Part shown: piece after piece, positions 1 to 9,280 of the stretch
Layout: the number at the start of each line of letters is the position of its first letter
How positions within the stretch are numbered: the stretch's first letter is position 1
Assembly (NCBI GenBank): GCA_033764315.1
Contig: JANRJA010000144.1
Coordinates: 1 to 19,187, forward strand
Length of the DNA stretch: 19,187 bases
Direction of reading: 5' to 3'
Origin: Oculatellaceae cyanobacterium bins.114
GTDB lineage: Bacteria; Cyanobacteriota; Cyanobacteriia; Elainellales; Elainellaceae
Position numbers and translations under genes: made by a program
Notes under the pieces: model-generated
What the model saw: the letters and a program-made list of their open reading frames with translations, nothing else
Told to the model about the DNA's origin: nothing
The model's database searches: none

Positions 1-261
1 GTGCTGAACTTGCTCAAAGACTTACAGCAAGATTTTGGGCTGACCTACATTTTTATCTCTCACGACTTGAGTGTGGTGAAGTTTCTCAGCGATCGCATCA
101 TGGTAATGAACCGGGGCAAGATCGAAGAAATCAACACCGCCGAATCGGTCTACAACCATCCTCAACGAAACTACACTCGACAACTGATTCAAGCCATTCC
201 CAACGCCACTTTAGATGACATTCAGGAGCGACAATCCCACCGTTTGATATATGCAGATTAG
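1..261 (+). CDS. ABC transporter ATP-binding protein, oligopeptide/dipeptide type (C-terminal part; 5' truncated by window edge)
   Basis: H-loop 'LTYIFISHDLSVV' followed by 'DRIMVMNRGKIEE' and the C-terminal 'HPQRNYTRQLIQAIP' motif typical of OppD/OppF/DppD-like ATPases; stop TAG at 259-261. Confidence 0.9.
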   Translation: MLNLLKDLQQDFGLTYIFISHDLSVVKFLSDRIMVMNRGKIEEINTAESVYNHPQRNYTRQLIQAIPNATLDDIQERQSHRLIYAD

Positions 262-323
262 GGATGGGTGCCCTTACAATGCAGCTACCATGCCTCTACG
301 ATCCTCCTACGACCTCTCGCGCC

Positions 324-707
324 ATGACTACCAATCGGTTTAGGCTCCTCAAAATTTCCTGGAAACGTTGGGTAGGAATCGCGATCGCCCTCCTCATTGT
401 TCTAACACTGCTGCATCCAGCTCAGGCTCAATCCGTAAGCAATCTAACTGCTCGTATTACCCGATTGGAATCAGAGAATAGTGGATTGCGATCGCGAGTG
501 GGGCGGTTGGAATCTCAACTCTCACGAGTGGGCAATGCAGTCGGCGTGAGAGTGCCCCAATCCCCACCGGACCAAGAACCTGTTCGAGGCGAATTATCCT
601 CTGACCCGATGTTTGACCGTCTGGCAACCCTAGCGATCGAGCAAAGAGAGCGCATGGATCGGTTAGAGGCACGACTCAATGCATTGGAGTCAAGGTTAGG
701 GGGCTAG
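324..707 (+). CDS. Hypothetical secreted/membrane-anchored coiled-coil protein (start uncertain: 264, 279 or 324)
   Basis: Basic N-region (RFRLLKISWKRW), hydrophobic stretch VGIAIALLIVLTLL and AQA cleavage-like site, then two heptad-patterned helices (LTARITRLESENSGLRSRVGRLESQL; MDRLEARLNALESRL) separated by a Pro-rich linker. Confidence 0.7.
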   Translation: MTTNRFRLLKISWKRWVGIAIALLIVLTLLHPAQAQSVSNLTARITRLESENSGLRSRVGRLESQLSRVGNAVGVRVPQSPPDQEPVRGELSSDPMFDRLATLAIEQRERMDRLEARLNALESRLGG

Positions 708-760
708 AGGGAAGGGAAGGGATAGGAGATATAAGGAGATTAGGAGCAGAGTAGAAGTCG

Positions 761-812
761 GCAGGATGGACAAAGGGTCTTACCGGGGCATGCACAGCTT
801 TGCCCATCCTAC
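761..812. repeat. REP-like palindromic element (GTAG-type)
   Basis: GCAGGATGGACAAAG (761-775) is the reverse complement of CTTTGCCCATCCTAC (798-812) at 13/15 positions; the right arm reads GTAGGATGGGCAAAG on the minus strand. Confidence 0.6.
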
Positions 813-883
813 ATTGGTATTTTGCTTTTCAAAAATCACATAGCAATTGATCCCGAAGACCATCATCCATAGGCTAAAAGAAA

Positions 884-1013
884 TTAGGAGATTTCTGCCA
901 AAGAGAATACTTGAATCGCCGCGTTTCGACTTCGCTCAACGCTTGAGATTGGTGGGCTGAGCGAAGTCGAAGCTCAGACCCTGAGGTAGATTCATTCCTG
1001 AAAATCTCCTTAA
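884..1013. mobile_element. MITE-like element with nested inverted repeats
   Basis: Outer IR AGGAGATTT (886-894)/AAATCTCCT (1002-1010), middle IR TGAATC (912-917)/GATTCA (989-994), inner perfect 14-bp IR TTCGACTTCGCTCA (925-938)/TGAGCGAAGTCGAA (958-971). Confidence 0.55.
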
Positions 1014-1081
1014 TAGAGCAGTTGTGATCCTAAATTCGCTAGATTGGAAGAAAACACCCAAATATATAAGGGGAAGATGTC

Positions 1082-1774
1082 ATGGCAGGGCAGTTATTAC
1101 TCGTCGATGATGAACCTGGTTTGCGACAGGCCGTACAAGCCTATTTAGAAGATAGTGGCTTTACAGTTCACGTTGCCAGCAATGCCCACGACGGTTGGGA
1201 TTTGCTGCAAAAAACCTCACCTGACCTGGTTATCTCGGACATCATGATGCCCCAGGTAGATGGCTATGAATTTCTCAAGCAATTGCGCGACGACCCACGA
1301 TATCAGTCATTGCCCGTGATCTTTTTGACCGCACGGGGCATGACATCCGATCGCATTCAGGGATACAAGTCAGGGTGTGATGCTTACCTGTCAAAGCCCT
1401 TTGACCCAGATGAGTTGGTCGCCATTGTCGAGAGTTTGTTAGAGCGACGAGCGATCGCCATCAAACCCACTGGAGAGAGTGAAACTCCAGATATTGCAGA
1501 CATGGCACGTCAAATTGCGGAGATTCGCGGCATTTTGATGCAACGAGGGGCAATCACTCCCACTCCACCCCCGATTCAACTCGACCTCACTCCACGTGAA
1601 CAGAGTGTTTTGAAACTGGTGGCAGAAGGGCTAATGAATAAAGAAATTGCCCGTCGGCTGGAAACCAGCGTCCGCAATGTCGAAAAATATGTCAGTCGCC
1701 TCTTTAGCAAAACAGGCACCAACAGCCGCACAGAATTGGTGCGCTATGCCCTAGAACATGGGTTGACGCAATAA
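1082..1774 (+). CDS. ycf29: NarL/LuxR-family two-component response regulator (cyanobacterial Ycf29/Rre1 type)
   Basis: Receiver domain (LLLVDDE, DLVISDIMMP phospho-Asp, FLTA, KPF) plus LuxR HTH (LTPREQSVLKLVAEGLMNKEIARRLETSVRNVEKYVSRLFSKTGTNSRTELVRYA), matching the conserved Ycf29 sequence pattern. Confidence 0.9.
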   Translation: MAGQLLLVDDEPGLRQAVQAYLEDSGFTVHVASNAHDGWDLLQKTSPDLVISDIMMPQVDGYEFLKQLRDDPRYQSLPVIFLTARGMTSDRIQGYKSGCDAYLSKPFDPDELVAIVESLLERRAIAIKPTGESETPDIADMARQIAEIRGILMQRGAITPTPPPIQLDLTPREQSVLKLVAEGLMNKEIARRLETSVRNVEKYVSRLFSKTGTNSRTELVRYALEHGLTQ

Positions 1775-2045
1775 AATTCAATACTTTTTGCAACAGGGAT
1801 GGCAGAAAGCGATCGTTTTGAGTACACTTTTGAGCAACTTCTCCTGATTTTTTGCAGTCAACTCTGATCGTTGCTGCCCTATATTCAAGACGTTGAAATT
1901 AAAGGGAATACGGGAGCACTACCCCCAGTCAGGGGTTCCCATCGTGTGGCTGAGCTTACAACGAAGCCTTTGACCCCGTACTAACCCTATGATTGTTGCT
2001 ATATCAAGCCTTGCGATCGCTCCATCCTTTGCTGTCATCATCCTC

Positions 2046-2831
2046 ATGAAACCTCATCGTCTCCTTGCTCTAACCCTATTGACCACAATTGGCTTGACGG
2101 CCCCAGCCCTAGCTGAAGATCTAGAACAGGTTTATCAACTCACCTCGACTCGTGAGTGCCAGCGGTGCGACCTGACCCGGTCGAGCTTTGTTTTATCTGA
2201 TCTATCGGGTACCAATTTATCAGGGGCGATCTTGGCTGAAGCCAATCTAAACCGCACTGATTTAACCAACGCCAATTTGTCAGGGGCCAACCTCTCCAGA
2301 GCCATCTTATTTAACGCCAATCTCAGTGGAGCTGACTTGCGCGGTGCTGATTTGCGCGGAGCCGACCTGCGCGAGGCATATTTCACCGGAGCAAATCTGG
2401 ATGGGGCACTGTTAGATGGGGCAAATTTGCTGGGAGCAGTGGGTCTACCAGAGACGATCGCCACCCCAGAGCAGATGTATTTGTGGGGCTTAGCTGAATA
2501 TCAACGAGATAACTTTAGAGGGGCAATCAACTACTACAACCAGGCCCTCAGCATTAAACCAGACTTTGCCCATGCAGTTTTAGCACGAGGCATCTCCCGC
2601 TTTCGGATGCGCGACCTCAATGGGGCAATCGAAGATGCTAAGAGCGCGGAAGCACTTTATTTAACCCAGGGCAACGACGAAGGACATCAGATCTCCACTC
2701 AATTCATCGCTGGCATTCAAGCCATTCAAGAAGCTCAGGCAAGGGGCGATCGCCGAGCCTCTGGTGCAGGTGGCGGCAGTTTGATGAACTTCCTCGGTTC
2801 AATCACCGGGTTATTGTTCCGCTTGTTCTAA
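2046..2831 (+). CDS. Exported pentapeptide-repeat protein with C-terminal TPR repeats (ORF track start 1989; ATG 2046 gives a clean signal peptide)
   Basis: Signal peptide [23 protein letters not shown], CxxC (RECQRCDL), a run of A(D/N)LxG/R pentapeptides, then TPR-like helices ([43 protein letters not shown]). Confidence 0.88.
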   Translation: MKPHRLLALTLLTTIGLTAPALAEDLEQVYQLTSTRECQRCDLTRSSFVLSDLSGTNLSGAILAEANLNRTDLTNANLSGANLSRAILFNANLSGADLRGADLRGADLREAYFTGANLDGALLDGANLLGAVGLPETIATPEQMYLWGLAEYQRDNFRGAINYYNQALSIKPDFAHAVLARGISRFRMRDLNGAIEDAKSAEALYLTQGNDEGHQISTQFIAGIQAIQEAQARGDRRASGAGGGSLMNFLGSITGLLFRLF

Positions 2832-2837
2832 TGATTG

Positions 2838-2953
2838 ACCCCGTATGCGACTTTCCCCAGATCCCCGGTTGCTGTGACGCAAATCAGACTACTTTGAGGA
2901 GGCTGAACGAGCAACCGGAAATCTAAACCTCTCATCTCAGTTGCACATCGCGT
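2838..2953. mobile_element. Dispersed ~115-bp MITE-like repeat, copy 1
   Basis: Closely similar to 17420-17530. Imperfect terminal IR (ACCCCGTATGCGACT / AGTTGCACATCGCGT) and internal IR (AGATCCCCGGTTGCT / AGCAACCGGAAATCT). Confidence 0.75.
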
Positions 2954-3010
2954 CATATTAGGTCTTTGGTGCCCTCTGCCATCAGGGAGAGCCTGAGTGA
3001 GGCGACATGA

Positions 3011-3940
3011 TCAGGCAACCGATGATTTCTCTTTCACCCCTTTACTCTTGTGGCCGCGAATACTCTGCCAATAAATTCCCCCGACGATCGCTAAAAACAC
3101 CACGTAATCGATCGCTTGAGCTAAGTAAAGCGTTTGAGTATAGCCAAAGAAGGCTTTGAGAATCACCCCTGGAAACTGGCGATCGGGCAAAACACCGCTG
3201 AGATTCCACACTTGCGGCCCTAAGATACAGGAACCTGTCGGATCGGGACAAACCTCTGCCCATTGGGGATCGAGTTGAGCCAGCCCGTGAATCGCCGTGT
3301 CAAAATGTCGCAAGGCTGAAACGACTAACCCTGACACAATCAGCAACAGCAGCACTCCCATGACTTGAAAGAAGCGGCGGAGGTTGATTTTAACGCCCAG
3401 TTGAAAGAGGGCAATGCCAATGATGACAGCACCCACCAACCCCGCGATTGCCCCCATCACGGGCAACCACCCTGATTGAAACTGAGCCGCGATGAACAAC
3501 ACCGTCTCAAACCCCTCTCGCAAAACAGCGATCGCAATTAACCCAAACACCCCCCAGCCTGCGCCATTCTCCTGACTCAGAGTAGTGGTTACTACCCCTT
3601 CAATATCCGCTTTGAGCGCGCGGGCTTGCTGGGTCATCCAGATCAACATCCAACTCAACAGGGCGATCGCCGCCACACTAAATCCACCTTCAAAAAACTG
3701 TTTCATCACAGGGGCATAACTCTGACTAGCCTCTTCGAGCAGTCGCAACAGGAGCAAAAACACAACTCCAATCAGCACGCTGGCTCCCACCCCAACGCCA
3801 ATGCCACTATAAACCCAGGAATTCAACCGTTGTTGTCCTGCTTTTTGCAGATATGCCAACACAATCCCCACCACCAACGCCGCTTCGACCCCTTCACGCA
3901 GAGTAATCACAAAGGTCGGCAAGGCTGCTGCAATATCCAT
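3011..3940 (-). CDS. ftr1: FTR1/EfeU-family iron permease
   Basis: Two RExxE motifs (TLREGVEAAL, VLREGFETVLF), about 7 hydrophobic helices, and the 'SWMLIWM' segment typical of FTR1-family proteins. Confidence 0.93.
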   Translation of the reverse strand: MDIAAALPTFVITLREGVEAALVVGIVLAYLQKAGQQRLNSWVYSGIGVGVGASVLIGVVFLLLLRLLEEASQSYAPVMKQFFEGGFSVAAIALLSWMLIWMTQQARALKADIEGVVTTTLSQENGAGWGVFGLIAIAVLREGFETVLFIAAQFQSGWLPVMGAIAGLVGAVIIGIALFQLGVKINLRRFFQVMGVLLLLIVSGLVVSALRHFDTAIHGLAQLDPQWAEVCPDPTGSCILGPQVWNLSGVLPDRQFPGVILKAFFGYTQTLYLAQAIDYVVFLAIVGGIYWQSIRGHKSKGVKEKSSVA

Positions 3941-4011
3941 AAATGCTCAATCAATCACTTGTAATCTTGCTATTAGACTTATGGTAACGACTCGGCGTTT
4001 TAATTTGAGTC

Positions 4012-4578
4012 ATGGAGCGACACACTCGGCAGGCAAAATTACAACAAAAATTGGCCCAGTTTCACCAACGCCAATGGGAGCGATCGACTCAAGCGTTACT
4101 CACAACACTAGAGATCTTGCCGCAGGAGTGCAATGCCTTTCCCACTGATCACGCATTCGTTCAAGACTGTTTGCAGTGGCTAGAGCAATCATTTCCCTGG
4201 CAGTGGGCACAGATTGATTGGGTAGCGGTTCCTCAGAGCCAATGCCGCCACTGGACGAGTCAGGAATCACAAATTGCCGCTTTTACAGAGTTATGCCAAA
4301 TCATTCAGATAAATCACTTATCCCAACATCCATCCCCTGATCCGACCGTCGTTGTGATTTGGTTTAATGCCAACACCCCCGTTTTAGAACTCCCCTGGAC
4401 AGTCGTTCAGCGAACGATGCAATGCACCTCTGTTGGAGCCAGCAGCACGATCTTTGAGCAAGATTCAGATACCTGGATTATGGATCGTCAAGCAAAATGG
4501 TGCCTTGAATGTCATCACGAGGGCACCCTGTGTTACGGACAAAGCACCCATGTTACGGACAGAGCATCAGGGTTATAG
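4012..4578 (+). CDS. Hypothetical protein resembling CDI-toxin immunity proteins
   Basis: 188-aa ATG-initiated ORF. The motif string FPWQWAQIDW ... VVVIWFNANTPVLEL ... DTWIMD ... CLECHHEGTLCYG resembles, from memory, a family annotated as CDI toxin immunity protein; not verified by search. Confidence 0.5.
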   Translation: MERHTRQAKLQQKLAQFHQRQWERSTQALLTTLEILPQECNAFPTDHAFVQDCLQWLEQSFPWQWAQIDWVAVPQSQCRHWTSQESQIAAFTELCQIIQINHLSQHPSPDPTVVVIWFNANTPVLELPWTVVQRTMQCTSVGASSTIFEQDSDTWIMDRQAKWCLECHHEGTLCYGQSTHVTDRASGL

Positions 4579-4643
4579 GCAGGAGTTGAGAGTGATCAGA
4601 CACTCCCTGAATAGAGCTGGTTCTTTTTGCCATTTTGTTATGC

Positions 4644-4674
4644 TTGACACTTATGCGGAATAAACTGTTAAAAT
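4644..4674 (+). promoter_or_regulatory. Candidate sigma70-type promoter for tRNA-Gln
   Basis: TTGACA at 4644-4649 and extended -10 TGtTAAAAT at 4666-4674, 17 nt upstream of the tRNA; the -35/-10 spacer is 19 nt, which is long. Confidence 0.4.
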
Positions 4675-4691
4675 GTTAAGGCTTCTGTCGT

Positions 4692-4763
4692 TGGGGTGTC
4701 GCCAAGTGGTAAGGCAGCGGGTTTTGGTCCCGCCATTCCTAGGTTCGAATCCTAGCACCCCAG
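4692..4763 (+). tRNA. trnQ: tRNA-Gln (anticodon TTG)
   Basis: Acceptor TGGGGTG/CACCCCA, D-loop AAGTGGTAA, anticodon stem GCGGG/CCCGC with loop TTTTGGT, T-arm CTAGG-TTCGAAT-CCTAG; CCA not encoded. Confidence 0.98.
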
Positions 4764-4888
4764 TTTTACGCGCTTACTCTTTTGGACTTGTCCAGTTTTG
4801 CATCCATTTTTACAAAGGTACAGGTGACACACTAAATATCGTTGTCACCCCCCAATTGGGCAATCAAATTCTAGACTCTTCTGCAAAT

Positions 4889-7300
4889 CTACTCGATTAG
4901 CGATAGTTTCAACGGAATCTGCCGACTCAATTCTTGCTCTAGCTGATATGCCTGGTAGTCATAGAGCGGCAATTCTAAACTGCTGGGTAAATTGCTCATA
5001 AACGATCGCGCCTGATCGAGATGGCAACCTGAAATTTTGGCAAGGTCATTGCCAAGCGAGAGCAAAAAGCTCTGATTGAGGGGTTTTTCAGCTTGCAGCA
5101 ACCAGCGACGAGGAGGCGTGATGTCCCCCCGCTCAATCCGGCGTAAGCCATTAATCGAAGCCAACACAATGAAGCGATCGCCCACCTGCAACCGTCGTGT
5201 ATCAGAGGGCATCAACGCCTCCAGCACATCACCTTCGATGCGAGTTTCTCGTTGATGAAAAATGGGTACAACACCATATCCATAGGACACTTGAGAGATG
5301 AGTTTGCCCACTAGTGTGTCATCGGCAGCGATTTGATATTCTGTCACCAAGATGGTCTGCTCATTCAGCCGAAACAGACCCAAGATGTTTTCACCAAAAG
5401 CGGCTCCAACAAATGCCTCAGCCGCTAGCGCATAGGCCGCCAACACTTTAGCATCAGGCAACAAATCCACCAGGTTATCGCTAAAGCGTTGACCATAGGT
5501 ACGAATCACCAACCCAATTTTGCGGTTGAGTTGATGGGCGACATCCCGTGCCATCAGAGCCAGTTCTAGATTTAACATTTGGTCATCAGTCACAAGAATG
5601 AGGCTCTTTGCCGTTGAGAGATTGACCTTCTCTAACTCAGCGATCGGCTCTCCCATTAGAATCGGAATATCAGTCTGAAATCCCAGCAGATCTCGCTGTT
5701 CGGTGATGGCGACCACAGGCTGTTTAAACTCGCGCAACAGCGTCGCCACTCGTTGTCCAACTCGCCCCATGCCCACAATCACGACATGGTTTTGCTTGGG
5801 AATTGGGGGACGTTTTCGTAAAAACTCAAATCGGGAGCTGAGCAAATTATCTGCCACTAAGCTCACAACGCCTAGAACAAACAAGAGACTGATCAGGGTG
5901 ATTAATAAACTCACCAGTTGCACCCACCAGGGAACAGCATCGTTTTGTAGGCCACCAAACACATCTCCATAGCCTCCCAAAAGCAAAATCACCCCTGTAG
6001 AAATGGCTTTTTGCCAGGTCATGTTAGGAAGATTGATCTTAATTAAGAGGGTGCCGATCGCCCCTAACAACAGAGCTGTCACCAATCCCAACGCCACTAA
6101 ACGGCGAATCTGGGTTGCTCCGATCCACCGCCATGCCTGCTCTAGGCGACGCTTGATGCCACCGCTAGAGAGATCTTGCAGTGTTTTCCAGGTTTGCTGA
6201 AACCAATTCTCTTGATGAGTCTCAGGGGTTTCAGGGGTGACATTTGTGCTCCTTTCAACCACCTCAACATAGGCGATCGTGTCGCCCGCCCGAATTTGAG
6301 TGTCGGTTTGCCATTGATGAAACGCCCGTTTAGCAAGAGCCGTTGTGGTGTCACGGCCCGATCGATAGCTGAGCAACCGATAACTTCTTTTGTTGAGCAT
6401 TATGGCAGGAAACCCGTCAAAGCGGTAATCCTTAGGTTCGACCTGTTGCTCAACCACTTGCAAGCGACAATCACCAATGTTAAAAAAGCCGAGAATGTCT
6501 GCCTGCAATCCCTCTAAGGCAAAGGTAGTTGCAGGCAATTCGGTTGGTTCAAAGGCAACAAAGTTACCCAGTTGTTGTTTCAGCAGATGATTTAAACTTT
6601 GTCGTGACGATCGCACCACTAAGCGAATGTTGGGGTTGAGTCGTCGAGCCGCGATCGCCGCTTCAATGTTGTCGTTTTCGTTGCTAGTCACCAACAGAAT
6701 GGCTCGGCAATCCTGAATTCCGGCTTTTAGCAGCACCTCATCATTGCGACAGTCGCCAATGATCAGATCCTCAGACAGCAATCCCTTTAAATTTTCGACT
6801 TCCCAATCCTGGGGTTGTGTCTGGTTAATTGCCGTAATGTGAACGTCAAATTCTCGCAGCGCAAATTTCTTTAAGTTCAGGACACAATATTGCCCCAAAC
6901 TGCCCAAGCCACAGACCAAAAAGCGATCTACTTGTTTACTTTCCTCAACTGGGGAGGGGTTGGTCAACGAGGGAAAGGCTGCAACAGCGGGTGATGTCTC
7001 CACTAAATCAGCCAAGTCAAGGGGATGGCTCCACAGCGGCACCGGATTGCCCAAAGCATAACCAAACACATTGACGGTGCGAATCGATTGTGGGTCAAGG
7101 ACACGAACGTATCGACTCAACAGGTCGATCAGATAGCGTCGATCCGCAGGTTGATCCGTGTAAAAGCCTACGCTTAAGCGGCTGCCCTCCCGATCGACAC
7201 TGACACTCACACCCTCTGACCGCAACTCCTGATTGAGCCAGGTGGCGATCGCTTGGGGGTTGCCCAGTCTTGCTAATTCCAATACATCAGGTTGCATCAT
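4889..7300 (-). CDS. Potassium-channel-like protein with TrkA/RCK domains (RCK_N - TM/pore - RCK_N - RCK_C) plus extra N- and C-terminal domains
   Basis: Two Rossmann GxGxxG motifs ([21 protein letters not shown]), central TM helices around a pore-like 'LLLGGYGD', and an RCK_C-like region ([11 protein letters not shown]...[11 protein letters not shown]). Confidence 0.88.
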   Translation of the reverse strand: MMQPDVLELARLGNPQAIATWLNQELRSEGVSVSVDREGSRLSVGFYTDQPADRRYLIDLLSRYVRVLDPQSIRTVNVFGYALGNPVPLWSHPLDLADLVETSPAVAAFPSLTNPSPVEESKQVDRFLVCGLGSLGQYCVLNLKKFALREFDVHITAINQTQPQDWEVENLKGLLSEDLIIGDCRNDEVLLKAGIQDCRAILLVTSNENDNIEAAIAARRLNPNIRLVVRSSRQSLNHLLKQQLGNFVAFEPTELPATTFALEGLQADILGFFNIGDCRLQVVEQQVEPKDYRFDGFPAIMLNKRSYRLLSYRSGRDTTTALAKRAFHQWQTDTQIRAGDTIAYVEVVERSTNVTPETPETHQENWFQQTWKTLQDLSSGGIKRRLEQAWRWIGATQIRRLVALGLVTALLLGAIGTLLIKINLPNMTWQKAISTGVILLLGGYGDVFGGLQNDAVPWWVQLVSLLITLISLLFVLGVVSLVADNLLSSRFEFLRKRPPIPKQNHVVIVGMGRVGQRVATLLREFKQPVVAITEQRDLLGFQTDIPILMGEPIAELEKVNLSTAKSLILVTDDQMLNLELALMARDVAHQLNRKIGLVIRTYGQRFSDNLVDLLPDAKVLAAYALAAEAFVGAAFGENILGLFRLNEQTILVTEYQIAADDTLVGKLISQVSYGYGVVPIFHQRETRIEGDVLEALMPSDTRRLQVGDRFIVLASINGLRRIERGDITPPRRWLLQAEKPLNQSFLLSLGNDLAKISGCHLDQARSFMSNLPSSLELPLYDYQAYQLEQELSRQIPLKLSLIE

Positions 7301-7340
7301 GATGTTAGGGGCAGGATGCGGTAGAAGGTTGAACCTTGAG

Positions 7341-8540
7341 CTAAGAAGCCCGTTGCCACAGGCGAATCACTTCTGTCAGCGTATCGCGATCGGGCGGTGG
7401 AGTAACCCCCGGTGGGTCAACCTCAGCACCCGGAATGTTTTGGCTCCAAGGGCTATTAGGCACAGACCGCAAATCAAGAGAGCCATCGACGGGGCGAAAC
7501 CCATATTGCACAAACACAGCTTGCTGTTCGGGTTGAGCCAAAAAGTCGAGAAACTGACGAGCCGCATCAGCCGTGCCTCCATCCACATTACGACGGACGA
7601 TCGCCCCAGTAGAAACGGTTTCAACGGTCGGGTCAATGTAGTAGATCTGATAGGGTTTGCCCTGAGTCGTCGCCGATTGCTGCCAGCGGTACAAGGCAAT
7701 ACTTTCGTAAACTACGGCTACATCGGCATCATTGGGACCTCGTGTAATGAATTCTTGCAGCAACACATCAGTAGAACGGGGCGGTTGATAAACCGATCGC
7801 TTGACCAGACCAAACAATGAGGCGATCGCCGGATCATTCAGCGCACCGGGATTCAGCGCACCGCCCCCTAACTTAGACTGTGCCCACAGACTCAACGCCA
7901 ACTGAGCACTGTTTGAGCGGGTGGGGTCGGTTGTCACCAGATCCACACTGCCCCACTCTGCGGCACCGCCAATGGAACCCCAATTTCCAGCTTGCAGAGC
8001 TGCTTCGACCCGTTGCCATTGAAAGGTTCCATTGGGAAACAAAATTCCACCTCGGTCTGCCCATGCGATCGCCACGAGAATGGTTTTAGCAATGGGTCGA
8101 GGCGCATCGTAAAACGGCTCATCCCCGTTTTGTGCCCGCCAGCGATCGCCCAACTCAGCAATCAAATCGGCACTCGCTGGAATCAAGACCGTTGGGGTAA
8201 AGTCGTTTTTGTCGTCAATGTAGTTATTCACCACATCTTGAGAGCCTTGAAACCGGAGATCTAAATCGATGGAGGGGTTTTGCTGCTCAAACCGAGCCTC
8301 TAGCGTCGGCAACACCTCCTGCAACTCCGTGCCGCCAACCACAATCACTGTGCGCTGTAGTCCCGGCAGCGGGGCAAAGGTGATCACCGAGGCAAAGGCG
8401 ATGATGCCCAGAGAGATCAGCAGCGATCGCCGCTTCATCCGTCGCTGTGTTAACGACCCCTGATTTGATGTCGCCAGTTGCCCTCCCGAAAACAGTGAAG
8501 CCAGAAATGGACGTTGACTTTGCTTCTGCTTCATGAACAT
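7341..8540 (-). CDS. Membrane-anchored class-II solute-binding-domain protein (paralog of the SBP part of 9359-11071)
   Basis: N-terminal basic stretch plus one TM helix; motifs FQGSQD, TDPTRSNSA, VVYES and 'FLDFLAQPEQQAVFVQYGFRP' typical of PBP-II fold proteins. Confidence 0.82.
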   Translation of the reverse strand: MFMKQKQSQRPFLASLFSGGQLATSNQGSLTQRRMKRRSLLISLGIIAFASVITFAPLPGLQRTVIVVGGTELQEVLPTLEARFEQQNPSIDLDLRFQGSQDVVNNYIDDKNDFTPTVLIPASADLIAELGDRWRAQNGDEPFYDAPRPIAKTILVAIAWADRGGILFPNGTFQWQRVEAALQAGNWGSIGGAAEWGSVDLVTTDPTRSNSAQLALSLWAQSKLGGGALNPGALNDPAIASLFGLVKRSVYQPPRSTDVLLQEFITRGPNDADVAVVYESIALYRWQQSATTQGKPYQIYYIDPTVETVSTGAIVRRNVDGGTADAARQFLDFLAQPEQQAVFVQYGFRPVDGSLDLRSVPNSPWSQNIPGAEVDPPGVTPPPDRDTLTEVIRLWQRAS

Positions 8541-8543
8541 CCC

Positions 8544-9272
8544 TCATTGCCTATTGGATACCAACAAATCCACATTTTCTTGCGTGGCTCTCAACTCATC
8601 ACTGAGCGATCGCAACTCCATCGCCTCGGTTGCATTAGTCAAGTCTGAAGTTCGCAGTCGGTTTTGCAGTTCTTGCAACACCCCTGCCGCATCCAAAATC
8701 AGCGTAGAGAGGCTAACCACTTGTGCCTGCCGCGCATCTTGCCCTTGGCGTGCCAGTTGAATGTTGTGCTCTAGGCTCTCCCCTAGCTTTACCAATTGGT
8801 TTTGGGCGACTCCAGAACTGCGTTCAATCTTGGCTTCTACCTCTTGCAATTGTTGTTGCAACTCTGTCACCGACAACAGCGAGTCAGTTCCCTGCATCCG
8901 GCTGATCAGTTGGTCAATCTTGGCAGGCAACTCACGGGTGCGATCGCAGGCATATTGCACCGTCGCCAACAACTCAATCTGTCCTGATGTTGTCAGCAAT
9001 CGAGTGGCTTCCTGCTGAAATAAACGTGCCCGCTCAACCAGCGCGATCGCCTGTTGTCGAACCTCCTGCAATTCTCGCTCTAGTTCCGGGTTATCTAACC
9101 CCAGGGTTTCTGGTTCTTGAGCTTTGAGCACTGCTGCCCCCACAGTCGCCACTACAATTGCGGTCGGCACCATCACCACCCGTGGCACGTTCGCCATCCG
9201 CACCCCGATGACGAGAGCGATCGCCCCAACTAAAACGGCTAATGGATAGTAGAGTGGATTGGCAAACTTCAT
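8544..9272 (-). CDS. Hypothetical protein, N-terminal two-TM hairpin plus long coiled-coil/helical domain
   Basis: Hydrophobic segments at about aa 9-26 and 32-49, then Q/E/L-rich heptads; stop codon lies 3 nt before the next start codon. Confidence 0.8.
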   Translation of the reverse strand: MKFANPLYYPLAVLVGAIALVIGVRMANVPRVVMVPTAIVVATVGAAVLKAQEPETLGLDNPELERELQEVRQQAIALVERARLFQQEATRLLTTSGQIELLATVQYACDRTRELPAKIDQLISRMQGTDSLLSVTELQQQLQEVEAKIERSSGVAQNQLVKLGESLEHNIQLARQGQDARQAQVVSLSTLILDAAGVLQELQNRLRTSDLTNATEAMELRSLSDELRATQENVDLLVSNRQ

Positions 9273-9280
9273 AAAGAAAA

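Noticed and set aside
4673..4900. 75-aa ORF on + strand
   Set aside because: Overlaps tRNA-Gln entirely; spurious.
4012..4900. Genomic island or prophage integrated at tRNA-Gln or tRNA-Leu
   Set aside because: No integrase, no duplicated tRNA 3' end seen in the window, and HIP1 sites continue on both sides.
7233..7820. 195-aa + strand ORF, and the many other short antisense or alternate-frame ORFs inside long genes
   Set aside because: They lie opposite or within well-supported genes and show no recognisable motifs.
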